DNA of 64,000 nt from Thalia democratica (Eukaryota): positions 80,042,001-80,106,000 of the forward strand of contig OZ241826.1 in NCBI GenBank assembly GCA_965202585.1. The letters run 5' to 3'. Below, in pieces: positions 1-13,544 of the stretch (within the stretch, counting starts at the first letter, position 1; the number at the start of each line of letters is the position of its first letter). The notes beneath the pieces were generated by a model. The model saw only the letters and a program-made list of their open reading frames with translations. It did no database searches and was not told the origin of the DNA. A program made the translations under genes and the position numbers.

Positions 1-1869
1 AATCAAACTTTGTTATACAAAAAGTTTTTTTTTTGTGAATTTTGCACAAAAACAAATTCAAACTATAAAACGACCGACTTAAAACACCCCAAAAAAACAA
101 ATTAAAACTTAGAAGTTATAAATTATTGAAGTAATAATAAATTACCATTTTGGTTTAAGACTGTTTTTACCGTGGGTTTGTAAAAAGAAAAGCCGAAAAT
201 TAGCGATGTGTCAACATTGTAAGTGAAAAACCACAAAAAAGCTGACTTGCCTCGAAAGCTGTTTATTAATCAGCAAACAGCTCTTTAGCAGAGAAATTAG
301 TTTGTAATGCGTAGTGGCATAAAACGACTGTAGTGAAAATTTATGTTTGATATTTTTCAGATATAAAAGCGAGCTTGAATCATTCAACGTCGTTAAAAGA
401 TAGGTTTAATAAGAGAAAAAAAGATATATATTTATATCTGTTGTTTCTTGTTTTTTTGTATGTTGTTTGAAACAAAAGTAATTTAAAACTGTTTTTTCAA
501 TCTTGACACAGTTAAACACTAGGGTTTTAAAGGTTTTTAAAAGCTTAGAGCTGTAAAAAGTATGTGGTTTTTAAAGGTTTACGGTTTTTTTCAGACAGTT
601 TGTTAGTATACATTCTATGAAAAGGGCAAAAAGGCAATTAAAGAAAGTCGAAGTAAGACCATTGGTTCAAACACATCAAAAAACATTCCATGTCTATAAA
701 GTTCAAAGAAAATTTTTCTTTAAAAAACTTAAATAATTTTAAAACTTTTGCTTCTTGCTCAAATACAAAGCTTAACTTAATACAAAGTTATTTTATATAG
801 CAACATTTCGAAAAAAAGTCATTTTTAAACATTACCACCATTCAAACACACGAAGTCCTAACAACCCTTAATCAATCTGGTCTTTTTTGCAATTGTATCA
901 AACTTCAAACTTTTGTTTGTTAGCAAGCTGACTATTTACAAAACAGATAAAAGTATTGGGATTCGAGAAAGAAGTTTCAATGCAAAGGGGAAACTTATTA
1001 GTTTTTGTTTTACCGCATCAATAAAAAATTTGTTGGTGTTTTTTATTGGTGTTGCGAAAGATAATTGATTTTCGCTGCTCGTTGAAACGCCAACGTCTTA
1101 GAAATTAGTTATGCTAGAAGCTGCAGTAAATTAAAAATAAATTTAGATATGAAAAATTTGCTATGATATTATTGGTTTTTAAATATTTTGAAATGGCTAT
1201 TTTGTAAACTCATTTAACTTCTTTTCTAAACAACTTAACTTTTTTATTTCTTTAAACGAAGCTAAATACGCAACATGAGCCTAAAGCTTCAATTGTTTTG
1301 TTTCAATAATTAATGGCCTTAAAGTTTTATGAACCAAGTTTTTCATTTTTTATCTAATAATTATCTTTAGATTTGCTTATTTCAAAAAGAAAACAAATCC
1401 TGATATGAATTAGTTAATAAGTATAGTATAATTTTTTTAAAGTTAAAGCTTTAAAAAAATACACAATCTTTTACCACAAAAGCAGTTAAACAAAACTTTT
1501 TCAATAATTAACTGTCTGTGGACTTGAAATTTTTATTAGAATAATTTAACATTTAGTTTGATAAAAGTGCATTGAACTTTTGTACTAACAAAGAATTTTT
1601 GGCACCGTGAAAATAATTCAAATTTTAGCAAACACTTCAACTACAAAAATTTAAAATTGAATGCAGCCGAGTATGAAAAAATGTCATTTTTTAACTTTAA
1701 AAACTATTGTTTGGTATGTTAACAAAGTTTTAATGTTTTATTTAAGAATTTTTATTTAGATTAGTTTTAAATAATTTGCTGCTTTGACTTTAGTAGTTTA
1801 ATTACACAATATAGAAATTTAAGTAAATTTATATTTATTAGAGTAAAAAAATAATTAAAAATCCTCGCC

Positions 1870-2130
1870 CAAACAAGCTGCAATAGCGTCAGTTAGCAAA
1901 CATATTGATGGCTTTCTACAATGAGGGCAACTAAAAAATTCGAGGGTCAATAATGCAGCGTTATTTGTGACGGCAGGAAATGGTGGTGTCAAGCAAAAAG
2001 AAAAGATAATTTTCCTTTCACTTCGACATCAACTACAAAAGGATGTGAAGTTTTTTTTATCTGTGGTGGAAGTTGGTGGTATGTTATTATTGATAAATTA
2101 AACAATATTTTTTTTGTTAAAGTTGGTATT
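1870..2130. promoter_or_regulatory. Conserved non-coding element downstream of the gene
   Basis: ttttcctttcacttcgacatcaactacaaaaggatgtgaagtttt..atctgtggtggaagttggtggtatgttattattgataaat is nearly identical at ~2010-2098 and ~33825-33912. Confidence 0.4.
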
Positions 2131-3818
2131 TATGTAACCACGTTTAATAAGCTTGTTTATAAATTCTTTTGTAATTTTTAACGTTAATTTAGCTACTACT
2201 TTTGATTTGCGTGCAGTAAAAACAATATTTTTTCAAATAAAATTAGCCAGGTGTAATGAAATCAGCCTCCCGGGAATTTGTAGTATAATTATTATTTTGA
2301 GGAGAAATTTATTCAAAGATGAACCGTCCGCTTATATTAGTATAAATATATATAATAAAAACGTTCTTTTAAAGCTTAAGAGCTTTACACAAAAACCTTG
2401 TAAATAGTTTAATTTAGATTTCTTAGATGAGCCAAGTTATAGTTAAACCGCAAACATATAACAGAAAGGCCATTAGTAGAATAGAATACAATACCCAAAA
2501 GATTGTTGGTTTACTTTGTTTAAAGTTTACTTCGGTTTAAATTTCAAATTACTGCCTTATAAGTATCTGTGCTCATTAAGCAGTTCGACTTTGTTTAACA
2601 ATTTTTTAAAATTTGCTTCGTTGTAAGATTATATTTGTACATAAATAGTAATTGATTTCTGCACTACCGTTGTCATCATTACTTTCTCCATTAAATTTAA
2701 CTTTAAGGTCTAAGTAGATTGAACTATCTTTAAACTTCACTATAGTAAACAAAATATAAATTTTTATTTTTTAGAAGGTTTATATAAAGAAAGTTAAACA
2801 AATAAATATTTCTTTTGTTTATTTAAAACTTTGAAATTAAAAAAAAGGAATACGAACTATATAAAACTAGAAAGAAGCAAGATGTAAATTTTTGTAATTA
2901 AAATAATATCAATAAAGTTTGCTTTATAACAAAATTTGAAGTGGTTCACCTAATCTTAGATAAAACAGAAACAAAGGAACACTCTTAAACTATAATTTTA
3001 TGCAAATTTTACTTTTAAATAATTTATTGTTTTAATAGTGTTTAACTTTTCTTTCTTAAGTTTTAAAGACTTTTATTAGACGTTTCTACTGCAAACAACT
3101 GTTGTGTATTGCAATTTATTTATTGTATCTAAACACAAAAAACACATAAACTTTTTTGTAAATTCTAATCATACCCATAATTTTTCTTCAAAAATTAGAA
3201 AAACAGTTTTAGTAGTACATAAACTTTTAAGGCCAAAAAATGTAAAATTTAACTAAAGGCTTTAACAGAATTTATTCGTAAAAGACTGTTTTGTTTTCAA
3301 TATTATAAGCTTATTAAATTAAAATATTAACTTAAGGTAATTATCTATTAATATATCATTTTATAATTGAAGAAAAAAAAAATTGTATGAAATTATGTTA
3401 TTGCAAATCTTAGCTAATGTTTGAAAATCAGTCATTAGTACAAAAATAAAGTTTTTTTAGTCTGTTAAAATAAAACCTCATACTAACTTTAGACTTATAA
3501 ATTAATTTTTGACACATAGAATAACTAAAAGTTGTCGATCTGGTAATAAAAAAAGTCTATAAACTTTTGTATTTTTTTACAAACATGCTTTTACTCAGAA
3601 AAAATAGAACAAAGAGCACACAAGGTAACTGCTTTTAAAACAACAGAAAAAGGACTTTCAGTCAAAAATATTCTTCTGCTAATTTGAGATGTGACAAAAA
3701 GTTACTGTAAAATGTTTTTTTTAAACCTCAAAAAAAAGGTAAACTTTAGAAGCGCCGTGTGAGAAAATAGAGACGTTATATTAAAATTTGGACACTAATC
3801 AAGTTTCATTGCTGGGTT

Positions 3819-4010
3819 TTACCCTGAATTGTTAAATGGTGAGGAAGGTGAATGTTGAGATTCGAGGATGAAGAAGTACGACCCCAAGTGACGGTGAACG
3901 GAGGAAATGAGGGTGTGAGCGTGACCCAGTTTCATTTGCAACATGCCCAAGCAAGATTCTTCGGTAACTAACGGGAGTGAATAGCCATTGATGCCATTGT
4001 CAAGGAAGAT
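3819..4010 (-). CDS. Copy A terminal exon: C-terminal half of SAM domain (missed by ORF track)
   Basis: Acceptor aacAG at 4011-4012, then IFLDNGINGYSLPLVTEESCLGMLQMKLGHAHTLISSVHRHLGSYFFILESQHSPSSPFNNSG*; 192 nt and open in all three copies. Confidence 0.92.
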   Translation of the reverse strand: MFLDNGINGYSLPLVTEESCLGMLQMKLGHAHTLISSVHRHLGSYFFILESQHSPSSPFNNSG

Positions 4011-7000
4011 CTGTTGTTATGGATACAATTGCATAACTTTGTTTCGGGTTGTAAAACAAACAACAGCTTTAAACTTTTAATTTCAACAAGATTAAAGTCT
4101 TTTTACTTTTAAAGTTTTAATTTTAAGTAAAAACCTTTTTGAATACGTTAAAATTTAATTTTACATACTGTTAAGAAGTTTTAAAGCAAAATGGTGAATT
4201 TAAAAAAAATGTTTTCAACTTACTTGTTTATATTGCCCCAAATCAATTTCGTCTAAATACTGACCAACTCTTTCACAACTCCATTTGCTCATTTCATCGG
4301 ATTTTTTCAATATTGTTCCTATAATAACTTTGTCAGCAGACATGAAGGATGTCCTGTTGTTAGTTTCACCCAACAATGAAGCGTTTTTTGTTGAAGTTTG
4401 AGACACGGGTTCAGTTTTATGCATTGTTTTATCGGTTTGAAGGTTACAGTTCTTAAAAGAAGCGCCTTCTAAAGTGGAATTTCTGTATAACAAAACAATT
4501 TTAGTTCATTTAAAAATATAAAAAATATATCTAACGTACTATAAACTTACAAGTCAAAGAGTGAACAAGAAATTCTTGGTTTTTTTGTCTCTTCTTTAAG
4601 TTTTCTGAAAATAAAAATTGTAGAGTTTTGTATCACAAAAACAATTTTTTTACACATTACTGCAGATGAAAACTTTTTTTACCTCATCAGCTTTACAAAC
4701 CTAAGATTTTATAACATTTTTTAACTAAGTGATACGCTTTATGCATTTTTATTTTATTAAACTATATCTTTAATAATATTTAAGTATAAACCTAACTTAA
4801 TTGTACAAAAAATACTTACATAGGAACGCTACTTGGTCTTATTACGTTCTTCTGGATTGATTTTTTAACTACACCATCATTAATCTCGCTTGATTTTCTA
4901 GAAAAATGTAAAAAATTAAACCTGAAAATCATTACGTTGTATGCTTTAAGAGCTATCAAGTTAACTTTAAAAGATAAATTTGAGTATATTTTTTCAATGT
5001 TTATAAAAGCTAAGTATTTTTTTAATTATAATCAATTTTTGCAGCTTTTTAAGTTTATTATCTTAAAAAAAAGATTAAATTAAGCTGAAAATAAAGTTTT
5101 TATAGCTACAAAACTGCTTACTTTTCTGAAATGTCAGCATGGTCTTTAACATCATTTGAGTTATTTTTCAGATTTAGTTCAAAGGATTTTAGTTCTTCTG
5201 ATTGGTAAATTTCTTCTTCTACTTTAGGCTTGCCGTTTACTTCAATATTTTCAAGTAAATTTGGTGTAAATTGTCCGAATGCAGCTGCCATGTTCTTTAC
5301 AAGATTAGACTGATCTAGCACCAATCTGTAAGTAAGAAGTTAATCGAAGAAAACATTTTAAGTATGAAAAAATACTTGATGGTTAAACAAAGCATATAGT
5401 TGTTAAAGTTTATGACTTAATCATTTTTTAATTGAAATTGTAACTATAAGTATATATGCATAAACAATTATTTTTAGGTTCATAATGCTTTTCTATTAAA
5501 AAACTTAAATGATTACAAAATCTTATGACAATATCTATTTGAATTTAGTAAATAAGTAAGTTAAAACTTTCAAAATATTTATTCAACAGTATATTTAGAC
5601 AACATATGTGTAACTAAAATAAAAAACATTTTTATAAAATTTTAAATATAATTGTTAGTTTTACTTAAGTAACTTAAAACTTTTTTTTTCAGTATAAATA
5701 TAAGTATCTGCAAATTGACTACATAATTTTACAGTATTACAAACAATCTGTCTATTTTTGACCATTTCAAAATATCGACTTATTTTTTTTGAAAACATTT
5801 TAGAACCTACTTTTTTATAATAGCTTTTTGCAGAGCAAATTAAGTTGGCTTGAATAAAAACATAAACAGAGTTATTGAGTAATAAGTCTACTTCTACAGA
5901 TTAAGAAAACAAATAAAAATGATTCAAAAATAAAACAACTATTTAAAAAAAAAAATTATCTGCGCTTAGATGTTGACGGAAAATTTACATTGAAAAGTTT
6001 GCTGTTTTTTTTAAAGGGCAACTGTGAACAAATTTACAAATAACAAAATTAAAATAAATTACTTACTTTTTATAGTCGAAGTTGATTGATTTTTCGTGTG
6101 AATTCGGAAGAAAGTCTAAAAAATCTATACTTTAATATTGTAAATTCGTTATGCAGTTAAAGTTGGGTAAGAGCTTTAATTTTAATGTAAAGCAAAAATG
6201 TAAGCAGGTTTCAAAATTATTCACTATTTATTTTGTGTGGTCAAATACTTTAAAAACAAACCTTTTTCAATTTTTGATTTCTTGTTAACAGTTGGATGTG
6301 CTTCGTTTCCTTCTTCATTTAATTGATTCTGCATAAAAAGAGTTATAACTTGGTAAAAATAAATATATATTTGTTTTCTCTATCTGACAAACTCCCAACC
6401 TGATTTTGTTCAACGTTGTGTGATCTTTTTCTAGAAGCTGTATCTCCGTTTGTTTCAGGACTTTTATCTTTTTTATCAGTCGAACATGGAGATTTTCGTT
6501 GCATTTGCGACGGAGAAGCTCTGATTAAAAACTCTAATATTAGAACATACCCCTCAACTTCAAAAACGTAAAACTTTAACTACATTATTTTGTTGTTCAT
6601 CTTTTAAAATTATAATTATTTTTAATGCATTTATTTCATAGAAAATAGACATAACAAATGTATAAATTGAATTAGACAAAAATAAAAAAGGTATATAGAT
6701 TGGAAAGTTCAAAAAAATTTATTTAAATGAAAAAATGAACAACAAACATTTTTCTAGACGGCAGAACGCAAGTGAAAGCGGAATTTCTCGTCGCTGATTC
6801 GCTAATTTTGGCTAGCAACGACGATTTGTCGAAACCCATCAGAGAAGAGCTGGGCAGGTTGCTTGGCAACGAAACCAACGGTTGGCATGTACTGACGTCA
6901 TCATGATCTTCCCGCTGGTTGTTGATGGTGGAAGGAAAAATATGGCTGATTTTATTTGGCACTTCATCCTCAGCAGAACTTGTCTGTTTGATATTTTTGC

Positions 7001-10000
7001 TTACTTTTAAAAATTTAGAAAACAAATCTAAACTGAGTATTGAGTAATTCGAAAGTTTAAATTCTTAATCATTCTTGTTTGACCCTTGGTGCTGCTTTTT
7101 TCTTTATTTCTTTATTTATTTTAAAAAGTAGAATCCTTATTTTTTTAATTTTTATTTTATTTGTATGGAAAACATCGTCGTTTTGTTACTTTTTTATAAG
7201 ACAAAATTTATGTTAATAAACATTTATTATACTATGTTAAAATGAATAAAAGATATTGCAATTTGAGATTGCTACCAAGTAAATAGTCTCACCCTATTTT
7301 GTTGAGCGAAGACAGCAATGTTCTTCAGACACCATTCACATTCGCACTCGTTCTGATGATGAATGATCACCGATTTTGACATGAGAGCTTTCAGACTCTT
7401 CCCATGATGTCTGATGCTCCTCTTCCAATCCTTTGCAGTCTCCCTCCCGCTTATTGCTTGGAACTCGTTGGGGTGCATCCAGCTCTGCTTTCCCCCCAGC
7501 TCATACAAAATTGATTTGCCTGAGAAGTTATAAATGTTTAGTATAAATGTTTGTTTTAGCAAAAATTGTGTACTATTGAATAAATCTGAGATTGTTGTTT
7601 CTTTAAGTTTTGAATTTTACATTATTAAACGCACTGATAACGAAGTGAATTTAAGTTTCTACGATAAAAATTAAGACCAAAACAAAATTCTGTGTTTCTT
7701 AAAACAAGCAGCTCACAATACTGTTGTACTAAAAATTCCAGAGAAACACGACAGACTGCTGATTATTATATTAAACGAAAAGCGTAACTCGTTGTATAAG
7801 TTTGTAGTTTTCCCTATTCAAACTCGCACCAAGCTGGTTTTAATTATTTAATTAACTGTAAAATATCCACATATTCAAAGATTTCAAATTTTTTTACATA
7901 TTTACAGCATTTTAATTAAGTGAGCGGTTACAAATAAGTTTTTAAATTTTTAATTTTTTCTCAATGTTTTATTGTGCCACCCATTATAATCACGAATTCT
8001 ATAGGCTTATTGTTTGCTAACAAAGTAAAAATTGTCAATTTTGTGAGTTTATAGATTTTAATAATGCTAAAAGTTAATAAATTGTTAAAGTAACCTAAAA
8101 ATAAAATAAAGTTTTAAATTTTTTAATGCTTTTATGTAAGAAAGACACTAAGTAATAAACAAAGAAACTTGATTTGTCTGTCAAGTTTAGGTCGGTTGAG
8201 TTCAAAATTAAATGTTGAATAATATCTTAAAGTACTTGTTTTCTTAATTTTTCTTTATAAAAAAGCATATAAAACTTTTTCAAAACTTTTCTTTTCATCA
8301 AATCATTTTGTCTTAGCATATAAAAATAGAATAAATATAAATACAATAATACCATTAAACTTCACTCTGCTTTGTTTTACGCAAAAAGCTAATACAATTT
8401 ACAGATAGAGACGGCGCTCCGAGTAAAAACCGACTTAAACATGAAATGAAAACTTCTTTAAAAATACACAAGCTGCGGGTCCGAATGGAATTTCACGTTC
8501 TGGTTAAACAAACTAAAAATAATTAAGGCGAAGCATAAGGAACAGTCTGCGTTGCGAGAAGGTAATTAAATTGCAACTAAATACTTTTGCGCGCAAGCAG
8601 CTAGTGATGCTCGTGCTTTTGAGTTGCAATCTTCTTTGCAGCCTTTTTAAGTGTGAGCTGTTACATTTTTTAGTTTTAAAGTTTTTATAGGTTTTGTTTA
8701 AAACGGACCTTGACTTTTGTTATTTACTGTTCTTGATAATGTTTGTGTAAAACTAAGGACATTTTTATAATAAAATGTGAAAAAAAGCATTGACACAATG
8801 TTTATGCATATATAAGACAAATAGATATAACAGCTATTACAAAGAGCACAAATGCATTATTATTGACATATATTTTACATACATTTAATTAAATTTAAAA
8901 AGTTATTACGGTTTTGTTTGAAAGACAATTTAAGTATCTATAAAGATTCTCTAAAAATCTTTTTGATTAAATTATTTTTATAAACTTTACAAACAGCACA
9001 AATTCGTAAATGACAAAAAAAAGCTTGAGTGTTATATACTTTTAAAACAAATTACTCATTTATTTGAACAAAAGTATAAATTGCTTTTATGAAGCAAGGA
9101 AGTAAACTAAAAAAGAAAACAATATTTTATCAAAATCAGTATTTAGCAGCTTTAAACATTGCATATTTATAAAACACTAAACAAAAGTAATTTTAATAAA
9201 AATGCTCTGACAAACTTGTCTTTTAACTTTAAATAATAATTTCATTAAGTTTTTTATAACTCTTCTATTTTATAATATATTAATTATATTCATATCTGCA
9301 TCAAGTAGATATACTTATAAATATCATATAAATATATACAATATAATACATAAGCTGAACAAACATTTATTAACATAAACCCACCTTTGCTACCCTGGCT
9401 GAGTCTAGCGATGTAGAGGAGGGCATTGTTGTCGCCGCAAGTCACCTCCAAAAACTCCTCTCCTCCTTCGTCCTTCTTCACTTCTACCTCCGAGCTGCTC
9501 ACGTGACCTTTTGGCAGGTTCACCGTCCACCTGCAACCCTCCGTTGCCACGTGGTGATGGCAGGTTGCCCCTAACAACCGGTTTTGAAGTCTCATTTTGC
9601 TCACTGAACTTTTCATTGAATCTGCGGATGTTTTTAACTTGCATTTAAACAGATTTCAGTTTTAAATTTTAATAAGTTTATACATTGTAATTTTATCGTT
9701 TTATAAATAAACTTATGTATTATGTCAGATCAAAATCTTCTTTCTTAAGCTTTATTGCCTGTTTTGGTTAACATTTTGTTATCAGACTCTCTTGTAATAA
9801 TATTAGAAAATGAAAACCTTGAACTATTAATTTTTTGAGTGAGCAGCTAAAAGTAATTACAAGCAATGTATGATTATAAATACTCACCGACGACAGTTGC
9901 CTTTCAGTTTCAATTAGCTTTCTGAGATAAAAAATACAAAGTGAAAAGGCAATCACTCGCAGGTTGCGATTTTAAATGAAGCTGGAACGGAAAGGAAGGT

Positions 10001-13000
10001 CGTCAATCGATAAATTAGACTCGCAGCAAATGGTGACCACTAGCAACGCTTCTATCGACGAAGGTTGCTATTGGCAACACACAACAACGCAAAGAAAAAG
10101 CCGAATAGATAAGCTGCAATGATGTGACAAAGAATTAAAAGCGGCGATAAAAATAAGCAGCGACAGCAGCAGATAATCTCGAGCAGAAGGAAGCGAATAA
10201 CCGTGACTAGTTTTCAATGTTTGTAATTCGATGCTGCCTGTACAAACGAAATCGAATATTTGCGGTGTTAACGCGGGTGCAATATACAAACGTTGACGGC
10301 ACTTTGCGAAAAAAAAGAGAACGCCGTTCGACGCTTTGTGCCAATCAAAACGTTTTTACCTGCCGATCGTTCGCAAAAACAACGTTTGCTGTTACGTCAT
10401 AACGGTCTCTGTGTCAAAAATGCTCGCTCTCTTGTCACACAACAGGCTTTCCAGCTTTCTTCGGTACAAAGCGCCGCCCGACAGCTGACGATCGAACGAC
10501 GAGAAGCTTTTATTCATTATTTATCGCCGCTCCACATTTATATTCGCCTTTTTACGCTGCGGCCGTTTGAAACTATCTCTCTATTGAGACGTGTGAGGTG
10601 AGTGGTGCGAGAATAATTGCCGCCGAAATTCGCTGAATGATTGAACGGCAGATAAAAAGCCGACTGAGCTCTCCGCGACACTCAGAGCTTTTAGCCGATT
10701 TCAGAGGCGTGTTCCGTGATTTAATGCTTTTCAAAAACACATCGCGCGAGACAAGTCGACCTTTCAGTGTTTTAAAAATCTTAGCGAGGTGCAGCTTAAT
10801 TAGTAAGGCAGTAGGTAGAGGGTTTTGCAAAACCTTTTAGCAGAGAAAAACTTTTGATATTTTTATGCAGGCTTTTTTGCTTACTCGCAAACTTTTTTGT
10901 CATTAATTTTTGTTGTAAGCTTTCTCATTTTACACATCTAAAAACGTTAAATAGTAAAATTAAGATTTATTAGAGGCAAAAGAACTTCTGACTAGATCAA
11001 TATATTTAATTATGCTTTACATGTTTTGCATTAAAAATCAAATCAAACAAATAATGATTTAAAAAACAAACAAAAAAGGCACATCCTTAATCCTCAAAAA
11101 CACGAAAAAGTCATCAACATGTTGGCAGTCGTCTGCATTGACCTGTGTGCGAATATCGCAAGCAGCTTTTTGTTTGAAAACCGCAAACAACAAAACAACA
11201 AGAAGCTTTCTCATTTTTTCTCAAAGAAAAATAAATAATCACGTTCTCTATACATCAGCGTTGCGCAGGGTAGGGTTTTATAGCGCTGAAGATTGATTGA
11301 AACAAAAGGTAAGGTCAACGCTAATCCGCGGTGTCAGGACTTGGCACCGAAGCTACTGAAATCAGCTTTATATAGCAATAAAATCTACTTTGAGCCGCGT
11401 AGCACCTAAGCACGTGCGAGTTTGTAGGATTGATAAGTTGAATTTAAATTAGTTGAAACATCAATGCGCTAGTTAAAACCTCGCGAACCCGTAAAGCTTT
11501 GACGAGTGTAAGTTAATATGTGTAAACTTCGTTTATATATTCAGGCGCATAGTGACATTTATATAAATTAAAAAACTGATATATTTTCACTATACAGTTC
11601 AACAAAAACTTACTGTTGTTGTTAGGAGTAACGACTCTTTTTCCGTTGCTACTAACAGCAGTCGGGGACTGCTGACATTCGGCAACGGAAGTCGGGGATG
11701 ACAGTTCTGGTGATGACGTCATAGCGGAAGTTGATCTCTGTTGCGTGGAAACCAGCTGATGATGATTGAGCTGGTTGTTGCTGTGTAAAAGATGAGAATC
11801 AGGAAGAAAATAAAATAATAAAAAAAATCCAAAACGGTGTTATAGTTAATTATTAAACTTAGTTGTTAAAAAACTGCAAATTCTTTATTTTGAAGAAAAA
11901 AAAAATTAATAATAAATAATTTTTTTATTGTTATTAAGTAAAAAATCAAGTTAAGTTAATGCAAGTGACAGTTAGTTTTTTGTATTAAAAGCTGATAAAA
12001 ACACGCTTTATTCTAATTATAGTTCTAGTAATTTATAATTTTACCGTAAAAACTTTGTGTTGTCGAACATTGGCATATTAGGAAATGGCAACAAATTTTC
12101 TTGCTTCTTGTTCAAGTTCATCAGGTTTAAAACTTGTAACCTGAAAGTTTTCAGTTTTAGGCAATAACAAACTTAAAATCTGCTTGTGAAATGTTGTAAA
12201 CTTTCATTTATGATAAAATCAGTTCATTGGAAAGGTTGGAAAAGAACAAAAATAAAATTTATTGTTTTAAAGATATTTTCGCTTGCAAAATATTCAAATA
12301 CTAAGCAACAACAGATAGAAACAAATTAAATAGAGATAATTTTTTGACACTGTTTTGAGTACGTAAATTAAACGAAAGGGAACTTTGTTTTGCAAACAGC
12401 GTACCGTGCAATCTTATTTTACATTCAATATTTTTGCTGTTACAACTCAACAAGTCAGCAGTTGTCATAGCAACCAGCCACACACGCGGCAGTAAAAACA
12501 CATCCGACGAGCCCACCACGTCGCCATGTAAATAAGCTCCTTAGCAACGGTTGCCAAGTTGCGAGCTGCAATGAAGCCGATAAACACTTGAGGTCTCTCG
12601 CTTGGCAACCAAGGTGGCATGGTTGCTTGGAAACCGGGTCGTCCCGCTTTCAGCACTTCCGCACTTTTATTAAACAACTTCAACGAAAATCACCGACGTC
12701 TGCGAAGGCGGTATTAAGCTCCCTCCAGACGCGGTAAAGTAACCATATGTCTATAGTTAAAACTTTTTTCTCAATGAAAAGCTTTTTGATGTAAATGTTT
12801 TAGAGGATTAGTTTTCTATAGTCTTTAGCAATTTTTATTTGGAAGACACAACTTTATCAGTTAGTGTTACTTTGAAGTTAATAAGTTTATTATTGTCTAA
12901 AAAAAGTTCAATTACATTTACTAGTACTTTATAATATCTTTTAAATAAAATTTTGTGCGCGATTGAGTTAAATAATTTATTTTTTTCCAGCTAAGTTTAA

Positions 13001-13544
13001 ACGCCTGTAGTAAATTTTATGGTTGTTAATAAGTTCATATGTTTGTCTTTTGACCTGTAATATCAGAGTATAAAAATATTTAAAGAACTACCACAAAACA
13101 AAGCTAAATAATAAAACTTATTTTAAAGCAAACACTTCTTAAAAAAAAATTAGTAAAAATTTTCGAAATTTTAAAGGATTACAAACAACGTATTTTTTAA
13201 TCGGTTTTTCAAAAGTTGATAAAAAGATATTTTAGCTTTTGTTAAAGAACAATTTGTTTAAATACTCACCAATTAACCTGATTTTGGCCTCCAAATAGTA
13301 GCGGGTCGAACCCGGAAAATTCATCACCTTTTTGCTGCTTAGCTCCATTTATCCCACCAAAACTAGAGGGAGTTTGCGGAAATCCCCCAGGAAACGGGTT
13401 ACCAGGCAACATGGCTGCCGGGTTGTTAAGCATCCACATACTGGCAAGGTCAGGTTGAGAAAAAATGTCCCCGAACTCGGCACCTGATTGGCTTAAAATT
13501 GTCGATAAATCAGGAGAAATACCCGGAACTGCTGAAGAACCCAT
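3819..13544 (-). CDS. SAMD11: SAMD11/SAMD7-family SAND + SAM domain protein, copy A (12 coding exons, 703 aa)
   Basis: Manually spliced exons (GT-AG, phases compatible): 13270-13544, 11614-11780, 9385-9621, 7293-7519, 6748-6983, 6400-6520, 6262-6328, 6067-6115, 5122-5325, 4820-4897, 4224-4482, 3819-4010; total 2112 nt = 703 aa + TAA. SAND: EFLEVTCGDNNALLYIARLSQGSKG|KSILYELGGKQSWMHPNEFQAISGRETAKDWKRSIRHHGKSLKALMSK..HQNECECEWC, closely matching the recalled long human SAMD11 isoform (EVECGANRALLY..QGSKG..PNEFQFVSGRETAKDWKRSIRHKGKSLKTLMSK). SAM: SKWSCERVGQYLDEIDLGQYKQ|IFLDNGINGYSLPLVTEESCLGMLQMKLGHAHTLISSV. The start codon and the exon 3 and exon 5 acceptors are inferred. Confidence 0.88.
7293..7519 (-). 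CDS. Copy A exon 4: core of SAND domain (KDWK motif) with H-x3-C-x-C-x2-C tail
   Basis: Acceptor ctcAG at 7520-7521, donor AGG|GTGAGA; translation GKSILYELGGKQSWMHPNEFQAISGRETAKDWKRSIRHHGKSLKALMSKSVIIHHQNECECEWC is unchanged in copy B over this stretch despite nucleotide changes. Confidence 0.93.
8400..8645. promoter_or_regulatory. Conserved intron-3 element with homeodomain-type TAATTA core
   Basis: gtctgcgttgcgagaaggtaattaaattgcaactaaatacttttg is identical in A (~8546-8590) and B (~39752-39796), in an otherwise indel-rich intron. Confidence 0.45.
9888..10850 (-). promoter_or_regulatory. Putative internal promoter / alternative non-coding first exon in intron 2
   Basis: CpG-rich block conserved in B (41134-42070); ends at a strong conserved donor TCG|GTGAGT (9888; B 41134); CRE-like TTACGTCA in A, TGACGTCA in B; first in-frame ATG of exon 3 is conserved (9616; B 40879). 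Confidence 0.45.
12455..12725. promoter_or_regulatory. Intron-1 RFX X-box cluster (copy A; B counterpart ~43930-44200)
   Basis: GTTGTCATAGCAAC 12461-12474 (canonical GTTGCCATAGCAAC in B at 43938-43951), GTTGCTTGGAAAC 12622-12634, several half-sites (TAGCAAC, GGCAAC, GTTGCC) and an Ets-like ACTTCCG. Confidence 0.65.

Noticed and set aside
4849-4854. Apparent NAGNAG acceptor with complementary loss in B and C
   Set aside because: Phase analysis puts the true acceptor at 4898-4899 (78-nt exon); the CAG/CAA and AAG/AAA differences are simply synonymous codons.
9405-9644. Overlapping alternative-frame ORF MQVKNIRRF... open in A and B (40653-40907)
   Set aside because: It starts in intron sequence; most A/B differences in the distal part are synonymous in the SAND frame and non-synonymous in this one; purine-rich DNA easily leaves a second frame open.
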